A stretch of 64,000 bases of DNA. Origin: Eledone cirrhosa (taxonomy: Eukaryota). This document shows, in pieces, positions 1 to 14,666 of the stretch. Every line of letters begins with the position of its first letter. Position 1 is the first letter of the stretch. The notes beneath the pieces were generated by a model, which had not been told where the DNA came from, made no database searches, and saw nothing but the letters and a program-made list of their open reading frames with translations. Both the position numbers and the translations under genes were made by a program. The stretch is taken from the NCBI GenBank assembly GCA_964016885.1, contig OZ024740.1:401264001-401328000 (forward strand). Reading direction: 5' to 3'.

Positions 1-3000
1 CAGCATAGAACACTATGTAGAATCAATACAACATAGAACACTATGTAGAATTAGTACAGTATAGAACACTATGTAGAATCAGTACAGTATAGAACACTAT
101 GTAGAATCAGTACATCATAGAACACTATGCATAATCAGTACAGTATAGAATACTATGTAGAGTCAGTACAGTATAGAACACTATGTAGAATCAGTACAGT
201 ATAGAACACTATGTAGAATCAGTACAACATAGACCACTATGTAGAATCAGTACAGTATAGACCACTATGTAGAATCAGTACAGTATAGGACACTATGTAG
301 AATCAGTACAGTATAGAACACTATGTAGAATCAGTACAGTATAGTACACTATGTAGAATCAGTACAACATAGAACACTATGTATAATCAGTACAGTATAG
401 ACCACTATGTAGAATCACTAAAACATTGAACACTATGTAGAATCAACACAACATAGAACACTATGTAGAATCAGTACACTATAGAACACTATGTAGAATC
501 AGTACAACATAGAACACTATGTAGAATCAGTACAACATAGAACACTATGTAGAATCAGTACAGTATAGAACACTATGTAGAATCAGTACAGTATAGAACA
601 CTATGTAGAATCAGTACAGTATAGAACACTATGTAGAATCAGTACAACATAGAACACTATGTATAATCAGTACAGTATAGACCACTATGTAGAATCACTA
701 AAACATTGAACACTATGTAGAATCAGTACACTATAGAACACTATGTAGAATCAGTACAACATAGAACACTATGTAGAATCAGTACAACATAGAACACTAT
801 GTAGAATCAGTACAGTATGGAACACTATGTAGAATCAGTACAGTATAGAACACTATGTAGAATCAGTACAGTATAGAACACTATGTAGAATCAGTACAAC
901 ATAGAACACTATGTATAATCAGTACAGTATAGACCACTATGTAGAATCACTAAAACATTGAACACTATGTAGAATCAACACAACATAGAACACTATGTAG
1001 AATCAGTACAGTATAGACCACTATGTAGAATCAGTACAGTATAGGACACTATGTAGTATCAGTACAGTATAGAACACTATATTGCATCAGTACAACATAG
1101 AACACCATGCAGAATCAACTAAAAATAGAACATTACGTAGAATCAGTACAACATAGAACACTATGTAGAATCAATACAATATAGAACACTGTGTATAATC
1201 AGTACAGTATAGAACACTATGTAGAATCAGTACAACATAGAACACTATGCATAATCAGTACAGTATAGACCACTATGTAGAATCACTAAAACATTGAACA
1301 CTATGTAGAATCAACACAACATAGAACACTATGTAGAATCAGTACACTAAAGAACACTATGTAGAATCAGTACAACATAGAACACTATGTAGACTCAGTA
1401 CAACATAGAACACCATGTAGAATCAGTACAGTATAGAACACTATGTAGAATCAGTACAGTATTGAACACTATGTAGAATCAGTACAACATAGAACACTAT
1501 GTAGAATCAGCACAGCATAGAACACTATGTAGAATCAATACAACATAGAACACTATGTAGAATTAGTACAGTATAGAACACTATGTAGGTTCAATACATT
1601 ATAGAACACTATGTAGAATCAGTACATCGTAGATCACTATGTAGAATCAATACAACATAGAGCACTATGTAGAATCAGTACAGTATAGAACACTATGTAG
1701 AATCAGTACAGTATAGAACACTATGTAGAATCAGTACAACATAGAACACCGTGTAGAATCAGTACAATATAGAACACTATGTATAATCAGTACAGTATAG
1801 AACATTATGTAGAATCAGTACAACATAGAACACTATGTAGAATATGTACCACATAGAACACTATGTAGAATCAGTACAGTATAGAACACTATGTAGAATG
1901 AGAACAATATAGAACACTATGTAGAATCAGTACAACATAGAACACTATGTAGAATCAGAACACTATAGAACACTATGTAGAATCAGTACAGTATAGAACA
2001 CTATGTAGAATCAATACAATATAGAACACTGTGTATAATCAGTACAGTATAGAACACTATGTAGAATCAGTACAACATAGAACACTATGCATAATCAGTA
2101 CAATATAGACCACTATGTAGAATCACTAAAACATTGAACACTATGTAGAATCAACACGACATAGAACACTATGTAGAATCAGTACACTATAGAACACTAT
2201 GTAGAATCAGTACAACATAGAACACTATGTAGACTCAGTACAACATAGAACACCATGTAGAATCAGTACAGTATAGAACACTATGTAGAATCAGTACAGT
2301 ATATAACACTATGTAGAATCAGTACAACATAGAACACCGTGTAGAATCAGTACAATATAGAACACTGTGTATAATCAGTACAGTATAGAACATTATGTAG
2401 AATCAGTACAACATAGAACACTATGTAGAATATGTACCACATAGAACATTATGTAGAATCAGTACAGTATAGAACACTATGTAGAATCAGAACAGTATAG
2501 AACACTATGTAGAATCAGTACAACATAGAACACTATGTAGAATCAGAACACTATAGAACACTATGTAGAATCAGTACAGTATAGAACACTATGTAGGATC
2601 AGAACTCTATAGAACACTATGTAAAATAAGTACAACATAGAACACTATGTAGAATCAGTACAACATAGAACACCATGTAGAATCAATTCAACATAGAACA
2701 TTACGTAGAATCAGTACAACATAGAACACTATGTAGAATCAGTACAGTATAGAACACTATGTAGAATCAGAACAGTATAGAACACTATGTAGAACCAGTA
2801 CGACATAGAACACTATGTAGAATCAGTACAGTATAGAACACTATGTATAATCAGTACAGTATAGAACACTATGTAGAATCAGTACAACATAGAACACTAT
2901 GTAGAATCAGAACACTATAGAACACTATGTAGAATCAGTACAGTATAGAACACTATGTAGGATCAGAACTCTATAGAACACTATGTAAAATAAGTACAAC

Positions 3001-3059
3001 ATAGAACACTATGTAGAATCAGTACAACATAGAACACCATGTAGAATCAATTCAACATA

Positions 3060-6000
3060 GAACACTATGTAGAATCGGTACAACATAGAACACTATGTAG
3101 AATCAGTACAACATAGAACACTATGTACAATCATTACAGTATAGAACACTATGTAGAATCAGTACAACATAGAACACTATGTAGAATCAGGACAGTATAG
3201 TCTATTATGCAGAATCAGTGAAGTATAGAACACTATGTAGAATCACTACAACATAGAACACTATGTAGAATCAACACAACATAGAACGCTAGGTAGAATC
3301 CGCACAACATAGAACACTATGTAGAATCAGTACAGTATAGAATACTATGTAGAATCAGTACAGTATAGAACACTATGTAGAATCAGTACAGTATAGAACA
3401 TCATGTAGAATCAGTACAGTATAGAACACTATGTAGAATCAGTACAACATTGAACACTATCTAGAAACTGTGCATCATAGAACACTATGTAGAATCAGTA
3501 CAGTAGAGAAAACTATTTAGAATCAGTACACTATAGAACACTATGTAAAATCAGTACAACATAGAACACTATGTAGAATCAGTACAGTATAGAACACTAT
3601 GTAGAATCAGTACAGTATAGAACACTATGTAGAATCAGTACAGTATAGAACACTATTTAGAATCAGTACAGTATAGAACACTATGTAGAATCAGTACAGT
3701 TTAGAACATTATATAGAATCAGTACAATATAGAACACTATATAGAATCAGTAAGTATAGAACACTATGTAGAATCAGTACAGTATAGAACACTATGTAGA
3801 ATCAGTACAGTATAGAACACTATGTAGAATCAGTACAGTATAGAACACTATGTAGAATCAGTACAACATAGAACACTATGTAGAATCAGAACACTATAGA
3901 ACACTATGTAGAATCAGTACAGTATAGAACACTATGTAGGATCAGAACACTATAGAACACTATGTTTAAATCAGTACAGCATAGAACACTATGTAGAATC
4001 AATACAACATAGAACACCATGTAGAATCAATTCAACATAGAACATTACGTAGAATCAGTACAACATAGAACACTATGTAGAATCAGTACAGTATAGAACA
4101 CTATGTAGAATCAGAACAGTATAGAACACTATGTAGAACCAGTACGACATAGAACACTATGTAGAATCAGTACAGTATAGAACACTATGTATAATCATTA
4201 CAGTATAGAACACTATGTAGAATCAGTACAACATAGAACACCATGTAGAATCAACTAAAAACAGAACATTACATAGAATCAGTACAACATAGAACACTAT
4301 GTAGAATCGGTACAACATAGAACACTATGTAGAATCAGTACAACATAGAACACTATGTAGAATCAGCACAGCATAGAACACTCTGTAGAATCAATACAAC
4401 ATAGAACACTATGTAGAATTAGTACAGTATAGAACACTATGTAGAATCAGTACACTATAGAACACTATGTAGAATCAGTACAGTATAGAACACTATGTAG
4501 AATCAGTACACTATAGAACACTATGTAGAATCAGTACAGTATAGAACACTATGTAGAATCAGTACAACATAGAACACTATGTAGAATCAGAACACTATAG
4601 AACACTATGTAGAATCATTACAGTATAGAACACTATGTAGGATCAGAACACTATAGAACACTATGTAAAATCAGTACAACATAGAACACTATGTAGAATC
4701 AGTACAACATAGAACACCATGTAGAATCAATTCAACATAAAACATTACGTAGAATCAGTACAACATAGAACACTATGTAGAATCAGTACAGTATAGAACA
4801 CTATGTAGAATCAGAACAGTATAGAACACTATGTAGAACCAGTACGACATAGAACACTATGTAGAATCAGTACAGTATAGAACACTATGTATAATCAGTA
4901 CAGTATAGAACACTATGTAGAATCAGTACAACATAGAACACCATGTAGAATCAACTAAAAACAGAACATTACATAGAATCAGTACAACATAGAACACTAT
5001 GTAGAATCGGTACAACATAGAACACTATGTAAAATCAGTACAACATAGAACACTATGTAGAATCAGCACAGCATAGAACACTATGTAGAATCAATACAAC
5101 ATAGAACACTATGTAGAATTAGTACAGTATAGAACACTATGTAGAATCAGTACAGTATAGAACACTATGTAGAATCAGTACATCATAGAACACTATGCAT
5201 AATCAGTACAGTATAGAATACTATGTAGAATCAGTACAGTATAGAACACTATGTAGAATCAGTACAGTATAGAACACTATGTAGAATCAGTACAACATAG
5301 ACCACTATGTAGAATCAGTACAGTATAGACCACTATGTAGAATCAGTACAGTATAGGACACTATGTAGAATCAGTACAGTATAGAACACTATGTAGAATC
5401 AGTACAGTATAGTACACTATGTAGAATCAGTACAACATAGAACACTATGTATAATCAGTACAGTATAGACCACTATGTAGAATCACTAAAACATTGAACA
5501 CTATGTAGAATCAACACAACATAGAACACTATGTAGAATCAGTACACTATAGAACACTATGTAGAATCAGTACAACATAGAACACTATGTAGAATCAGTA
5601 CAACATAGAACACCATGTAGAATCAATTCAACATAGAACATTACGTAGAATCAGTACAACATAGAACACTATGTAGAATCAGTACAGTATAGAACACTAT
5701 GTAGAATCAGAACAGTATAGAACACTATGTAGAACCAGTACGACATAGAACACTATGTAGAATCAGTACAGTATAGAACACTATGTATAATCAGTACAGT
5801 ATAGAACACTATGTAGAATCAGTACAACATAGAACACCATGTAGAATCAACTAAAAACAGAACATTACATAAAATCAGTACAACATAGAACACTATGTAG
5901 AATCGGTACAACATAGAACACTATGTAGAATCAGTACAACATAGAACACTATGTACAATCATTACAGTATAGAACACTATGTAGAATCAGTACAACATAG

Positions 6001-8440
6001 AACACTATGTAGAATCAGGACAGTATAGACTATTATGCAGAATCAGTGCAGTATAGAACACTATGTAGAATCACTACAACATAGAACACTATGTAGAATC
6101 AACACAACATAGAACGCTAGGTAGAATCCGCACAACATAGAACACTATGTAGAATCAGTACAGTATAGAATACTATGTAGAATCAGTACAGTATAGAACC
6201 CTATGTAGAATCAGTACAGTATAGAACATCATGTAGAATCAGTACAGTATAGAACACTATGTAGAATCAGTACAACATTGAACACTATCTAGAAACTGTG
6301 CATCATAGAACACTATGTAGAATCAGTACAGTAGAGAAAACTATTTAGAATCAGTACACTATAGAACACTATGTAAAATCAGTACAACATAGAACACTAT
6401 GTAGAATCAGTACAGTATAGAACACTATGTAGAATCAGTACAGTATAGAACACTATGTAGAATCAGTACAGTATAGAACACTATTTAGAATCAGTACAGT
6501 ATAGAACACTATGTAGAATCAGTACAGTTTAGAACATTATATAGAATCAGTACAATATAGAACACTATATAGAATCAGTAAGTATAGAACACTATGTAGA
6601 ATCAGTACAGTATAGAACACTATGTAGAATCAGTACAGTATAGAACACTATGTAGAATCAGTACAGTATAGAACACTATGTAGAATCAGTACAACATAGA
6701 ACACTATGTAGAATCAGAACACTATAGAACACTATGTAGAATCAGTACAGTATAGAACACTATGTAGGATCAGAACACTATAGAACACTATGTTTAAATC
6801 AGTACAGCATAGAACACTATGTAGAATCAATACAACATAGAACACCATGTAGAATCAATTCAACATAGAACATTACGTAGAATCAGTACAACATAGAACA
6901 CTATGTAGAATCAGTACAGTATAGAACACTATGTAGAATCAGAACAGTATAGAACACTATGTAGAACCAGTACGACATAGAACACTATGTAGAATCAGTA
7001 CAGTATAGAACACTATGTATAATCATTACAGTATAGAACACTATGTAGAATCAGTACAACATAGAACACCATGTAGAATCAACTAAAAACAGAACATTAC
7101 ATAGAATCAGTACAACATAGAACACTATGTAGAATCGGTACAACATAGAACACTATGTAGAATCAGTACAACATAGAACACTATGTAGAATCAGCACAGC
7201 ATAGAACACTCTGTAGAATCAATACAACATAGAACACTATGTAGAATTAGTACAGTATAGAACACTATGTAGAATCAGTACACTATAGAACACTATGTAG
7301 AATCAGTACAGTATAGAACACTATGTAGAATCAGTACAGTATAGAACACTATGTAGAATCAGTACAGTATAGAACACTATGTAGAATCAGTACAACATAG
7401 AACACTATGTAGAATCAGAACACTATAGAACACTATGTAGAATCAGTACAGTATAGAACACTATGTAGGATCAGAACACTATAGAACACTATGTAAAATC
7501 AGTACAACATAGAACACTATGTAGAATCAGTACAACATAGAACACCATGTAGAATCAATTCAACATAAAACATTACGTAGAATCAGTACAACATAGAACA
7601 CTATGTAGAATCAGTACAGTATAGAACACTATGTAGAATCAGAACAGTATAGAACACTATGTAGAACCAGTACGACATAGAACACTATGTAGAATCAGTA
7701 CAGTATAGAACACTATGTATAATCAGTACAGTATAGAACACTATGTAGAATCAGTACAACATAGAACACCATGTAGAATCAACTAAAAACAGAACATTAC
7801 ATAGAATCAGTACAACATAGAACACTATGTAGAATCGGTACAACATAGAACACTATGTAAAATCAGTACAACATAGAACACTATGTAGAATCAGCACAGC
7901 ATAGAACACTATGTAGAATCAATACAACATAGAACACTATGTAGAATTAGTACAGTATAGAACACTATGTAGAATCAGTACAGTATAGAACACTATGTAG
8001 AATCAGTACATCATAGAACACTATGCATAATCAGTACAGTATAGAATACTATGTAGAGTCAGTACAGTATAGAACACTATGTAGAATCAGTACAGTATAG
8101 AACACTATGTAGAATCAGTACAACATAGACCACTATGTAGAATCAGTACAGTATAGACCACTATGTAGAATCAGTACAGTATAGGACACTATGTAGAATC
8201 AGTACAGTATAGAACACTATGTAGAATCAGTACAGTATAGTACACTATGTAGAATCAGTACAACATAGAACACTATGTATAATCAGTACAGTATAGACCA
8301 CTATGTAGAATCACTAAAACATTGAACACTATGTAGAATCAACACAACATAGAACACTATGTAGAATCAGTACACTATAGAACACTATGTAGAATCAGTA
8401 CAACATAGAACACTATGTAGAATCAGTACAACATAGAACA
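3060..8440. repeat. Segmental duplication within the array, offset 2828 bp (101 monomers): ~3060-5610 repeated at ~5890-8440
   Basis: Rare variants recur at exactly +2828: AATCGG 3073/5901, GACAGT 3191/6019, TATGTTTAAA 3961/6789, CTCTGTAG 4381/7209, TTCAACATAA 4731/7559. Confidence 0.9.
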
Positions 8441-9794
8441 CTATGTAGAATCAGTACAGTATAGAACACTATGTAGAATCAGTACAGTATAGAACACTAT
8501 GTAGAATCAGTACAGTATAGAACACTATGTAGAATCAGTACAACATAGAACACTATGTATAATCAGTACAGTATAGACCACTATGTAGAATCACTAAAAC
8601 ATTGAACACAATGTAGAATCAACACAACATAGAACACTATGTAGAATCAGTACAGTATAGACCACTATGTAGAATCAGTACAGTATAGGACACTATGTAG
8701 TATCAGTACAGTATAGAACACTATATTGCATCAGTACAACATAGAACACCATGCAGAATCAACTGAAAATAGAACATTACGTAGAATCAGTACAACATAG
8801 AACACTATGTAGAATCAATACAATATAGAACACTGTGTATAATCAGTACAGTATAGAACACTATGTAGAATCAGTACAACATAGAACACTATGCATAATC
8901 AGTACAGTATAGACCACTATGTAGAATCACTAAAACATTGAACACTATGTAGAATCAACACAACATAGAACACTATGTAGAATCAGTACACTAAAGAACA
9001 CTATGTAGAATCAGTACAACATAGAACACTATGTAGACTCAGTACAACATAGAACACCATGTAGAATCAGTACAGTATAGAACACTATGTAGAATCAGTA
9101 CAGTATTGAACACTATGTAGAATCAGTACAACATAGAACACTATGTAGAATCAGCACAGCATAGAACACTATGTAGAATCAATACAACATAGAACACTAT
9201 GTAGAATTAGTACAGTATAGAACACTATGTAGGTTCAATACATTATAGAACACTATGTAGAATCAGTACATCGTAGATCACTATGTAGAATCAATACAAC
9301 ATAGAGCACTAAGTAGAATCAGTACAGTATAGAACACTATGTAGAATCAGTACAGTATAGAACACTATGTAGAATCAGTACAACATAGAACACCGTGTAG
9401 AATCAGTACAATATAGAACTCTGTGTATAATCAGTACAGTATAGAACATTATGTAGAATCAGTACAACATAGAACACTATGTAGAATATGTACCACATAG
9501 AACACTATGTAGAATCAGTACAACATAGAACACCATGTAGAATCAATTCAACATAGAACATTACGTAGAATCAGTACAACATAGAACACTATGTAGAATC
9601 AGTACAGTATAGAACACTATGTAGAATCAGAACAGTATAGAACACTATGTAGAACCAGTACGACATAGAACACTATCTAGAATCAGTACAGTATAGAACA
9701 CTATGTATAATCAGTACAGTATAGAACACTATGTAGAATCAGTGCAACATAGAACACCATGTAGAATCAACTAAAAACAGAACATTACATAGAA

Positions 9795-12700
9795 TCAGTA
9801 CAACATAGAACACTATGTAGAATCGGTACAACATAGAACACTATGTAAAATCAGTACAACATAGAACACTATGTAGAATCAGCACAGCATAGAACACTAT
9901 GTAGAATCAATACAACATAGAACACTATGTAGAATTAGTACAGTATGGAACACTATGTAGAATCAGTACAGTATAGAACACTATGTAGAATCAGTACATC
10001 ATAGAACACTATGCAGAATCAGTACAGTATAGAATACTATGTAGAATCAGTACAGTATAGAACACTATGTAGAATCAGTACAGTATAGAACACTATGTAG
10101 AATCAGTACAACATAGACGACTATGTAGAATCAGTACAGTATAGGACACTATGTAGAATCAGCACAACATAGAACACTATGTAGAATCAATACAACATAG
10201 AACACTATGTAGAATCAGTACAGTAGATGCCACTATGTAGAATCAGTACAACATAGAACACTATGTAGAATCAGCACAACATAGAAAACTATGTAGAATC
10301 AATACAACATAGAACACTATGTAGAATCAGTACAACATAGAACACTATGTAGAATTAGTACAGTATAGAACACTATGTAGGTTCAATACATTATAGAACA
10401 CTATGTAGAATCAGTACATCGTAGATCACTATGTAGAATCAATACAACATAGAGCACTAAGTAGAATCAGTACAGTATAGAACACTATGTAGAATCAGTA
10501 CAGTATAGAACACTATGTAGAATCAGTACAACATAGAACACCGTGTAGAATCAGTACAATATAGAACACTGTGTATAATCAGTACAGTATAGAACATTAT
10601 GTAGAATCAGTACAACATAGAACACTATGTAGAATATGTACCACATAGAACACTATGTAGAATCAGTACAGTATAGAACACTATGTAGAATCAGAACAAT
10701 ATAGAACACTATGTAGAATCAGTACAACATAGAACACTATGTAGAATCAGAACACTATAGAACACTATGTAGAATCAGTACAGTATAGAACACTATGTAG
10801 GATCAGAACACTATAGAACACCATGTAGAATCAATTCAACATAGAACATTACGTAGAATCAGTACAACATAGAACACTATGTAGAATCAGTACAGTATAG
10901 AACACTATGTAGAATCAGAACAGTATAGAACACTATGTAGAACCAGTACGACATAGAACACTATGTAGAATCAGTACAGTATAGAACACTATGTATAATC
11001 AGTACAGTATAGAACACTATGTAGAATCAGTGCAACATAGAACACCATGTAGAATCAACTAATAACAGAACATTACATAGAATCAGTACAACATAGAACA
11101 CTATGTAGAATCGGTACAACATAGAACACTATGTAAAATCAGTACAACATAGAACACTATGTAGAATCAGCACAGCATAGAACACTATGTAGAATCAATA
11201 CAACATAGAACACTATGTAGAATTAGTACAGTATAGAACACTATGTAGAATCAGTACAGTATAGAACACTATGTAGAATCAGTACATCATAGAACACTAT
11301 GCAGAATCAGTACAGTATAGAATACTATGTAGAATCAGTACAGTATAGAACACTATGTAGAATCAGTACAGTATAGAACACTATGTAGAATCAGTACAAC
11401 ATAGACCACTATGTAGAATCAGTACAGTATAGGACACTATGTAGAATCAGTACAGTATAGAACACTATGTAGAATCAGTACAGTATAGTACACTATGTAG
11501 AATCAGTACAACATAGAACACTATGTATAATCAGTACAGTATAGACCACTATGTAGAATCACTAAAACATTGAACACTATGTAGAATCAACACAACATAG
11601 AACACTATGTAGAATCAGTACAGTATAGACCACTATGTAGAATCAGTACAGTATAGGACACTATGTAGTATCAGTACAGTATAGAACACTATATTGCATC
11701 AGTACAACATAGAACACCATGCAGAATCAACTAAAAATAGAACATTACGTAGAATCAGTACAACATAGAACACTATGTAGAATCAATACAATATAGAACA
11801 CTGTGTATAATCAGTACAGTATAGAACACTATGTAGAATCAGTACAACATAGAACACTATGCATAATCAGTACAGTATAGACCACTATGTAGAATCACTA
11901 AAACATTGAACACTATGTAGAATCAACACAACATAGAACACTATGTAGAATCAGTACACTATAGAACACTATGTAGAATCAGTACAACATAGAACACTAT
12001 GTAGACTCAGTACAACATAGAACACCATGTAGAATCAGTACAGTATAGAACACTATGTAGAATCAGTACAGTATAGAACACTATGTAGAATCAGTACAAC
12101 ATAGAACACTATGTAGAATCAGCACAGCATAGAACACTATGTAGAATCAATACAACATAGAACACTATGTAGTATTAGTACAGTATAGAACACTATGTAG
12201 GTTCAATACATTATAGAACACTATGTAGAATCAGTACAACATAGAACACTATGTAGAATCGGTACAACATAGAACACTATGTAAAATCAGTACAACATAG
12301 AACACTATGTAGAATCAGCACAGCATAGAACACTATGTAGAATCAATACAACATAGAACACTATGTAGAATTAGTACAGTATAGAACACTATGTAGAATC
12401 AGTACAGTATAGAACACTATGTAGAATCAGTACATCATAGAACACTATGCAGAATCAGTACAGTATAGAATACTATGTAGAATCAGTACAGTATAGAACA
12501 CTATGTAGAATCAGTACAGTATAGAACACTATGTAGAATCAGTACAACATAGACGACTATGTAGAATCAGTACAGTATAGGACACTATGTAGAATCAGCA
12601 CAACATAGAACACTATGTAGAATCAATACAACATAGAACACTATGTAGAATCAGTACAGTAGATGCCACTATGTAGAATCAGTACAACATAGAACACTAT

Positions 12701-14666
12701 GTAGAATCAGCACAACATAGAAAACTATGTAGAATCAATACAACATAGAACACTATGTAGAATCAGTACAACATAGAACACTATGTAGAATTAGTACAGT
12801 ATAGAACACTATGTAGGTTCAATACATTATAGAACACTATGTAGAATCAGTACATCGTAGATCACTATGTAGAATCAATACAACATAGAGCACTAAGTAG
12901 AATCAGTACAGTATAGAACACTATGTAGAATCAGTACAGTATAGAACACTATGTAGAATCAGTACAACATAGAACACCGTGTAGAATCAGTACAATATAG
13001 AACACTGTGTATAATCAGTACAGTATAGAACATTATGTAGAATCAGTACAACATAGAACACTATGTAGAATATGTACCACATAGAACACTATGTAGAATC
13101 AGTACAGTATAGAACACTATGTAGAATCAGAACAATATAGAACACTATGTAGAATCAGTACAACATAGAACACTATGTAGAATCAGAACACTATAGAACA
13201 CTATGTAGAATCAGTACAGTATAGAACACTATGAAGGATCAGAACACTATAGAACACCATGTAGAATCAATTCAACATAGAACATTACGTAGAATCAGTA
13301 CAACATAGAACACTATGTAGAATCAGTACAGTATAGAACACTATGTAGAATCAGAACAGTATAGAACACTATGTAGAACCAGTACGACATAGAACACTAT
13401 GTAGAATCAGTACAGTATAGAACACTATGTATAATCAGTACAGTATAGAACACTATGTAGAATCAGTGCAACATAGAACACCATGTAGAATCAACTAAAA
13501 ACAGAACATTACATAGAATCAGTACAACATAGAACACTATGTAGAATCGGTACAACATAGAACACTATGTAAAATCAGTACAACATAGAACACTATGTAG
13601 AATCAGCACAGCATAGAACACTATGTAGAATCAATACAACATAGAACACTATGTAGAATTAGTACAGTATAGAACACTATGTAGAATCAGTACAGTATAG
13701 AACACTATGTAGAATCAGTACATCATAGAACACTATGCAGAATCAGTACAGTATAGAATACTATGTAGAATCAGTACAGTATAGAACACTATGTAGAATC
13801 AGTACAGTATAGAACACTATGTAGAATCAGTACAACATAGACCACTATGTAGAATCAGTACAGTATAGGACACTATGTAGAATCAGTACAGTATAGAACA
13901 CTATGTAGAATCAGTACAGTATAGTACACTATGTAGAATCAGTACAACATAGAACACTATGTATAATCAGTACAGTATAGACCACTATGTAGAATCACTA
14001 AAACATTGAACACTATGTAGAATCAACACAACATAGAACACTATGTAGAATCAGTACAGTATAGATCACTATGTAGAATCAGTACAGTATAGGACACTAT
14101 GTAGTATCAGTACAGTATAGAACACTATATTGCATCAGTACAACATAGAACACCATGCAGAATCAACTAAAAATAGAACATTACGTAGAATCAGTACAAC
14201 ATAGAACACTATGTAGAATCAATACAATATAGAACACTGTGTATAATCAGTACAGTATAGAACACTATGTAGAATCAGTACAACATAGAACACTATGCAT
14301 AATCAGTACAGTATAGACCACTATGTAGAATCACTAAAACATTGAACACTATGTAGAATCAACACAACATAGAACACTATGTAGAATCAGTACACTATAG
14401 AACACTATGTAGAATCAGTACAACATAGAACACTATGTAGACTCAGTACAACATAGAACACCATGTAGAATAAGTACAGTATAGAGCACTATGTAGAATC
14501 AGTACAGTATAGAACACTATGTAGAATCAGTACAACATAGAACACTATGTAGAATCAGCACAGCATAGAACACTATGTAGAATCAATACAACATAGAACA
14601 CTATGTAGAATTAGTACAGTATAGAACACTATGTAGGTTCAATACATTATAGAACACTATGTAGAA
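9795..14666. repeat. Tandem duplication, period 2436 bp (87 monomers)
   Basis: Markers at +2436: AATCGG 9821/12257, AGATGCC 10225/12661, ATTGCATC 11693/14129, GTTCAATAC 12201/14637. The copies differ at a few sites (11063 vs 13499; 10798 vs 13234). Confidence 0.9.

Noticed and set aside
3748-3972. Compensating -1/+1 indels as selection for phase
   Set aside because: The second instance (6576-6800) is a duplicate of the same event, and many uncompensated 27-bp units occur after 16.4 kb.
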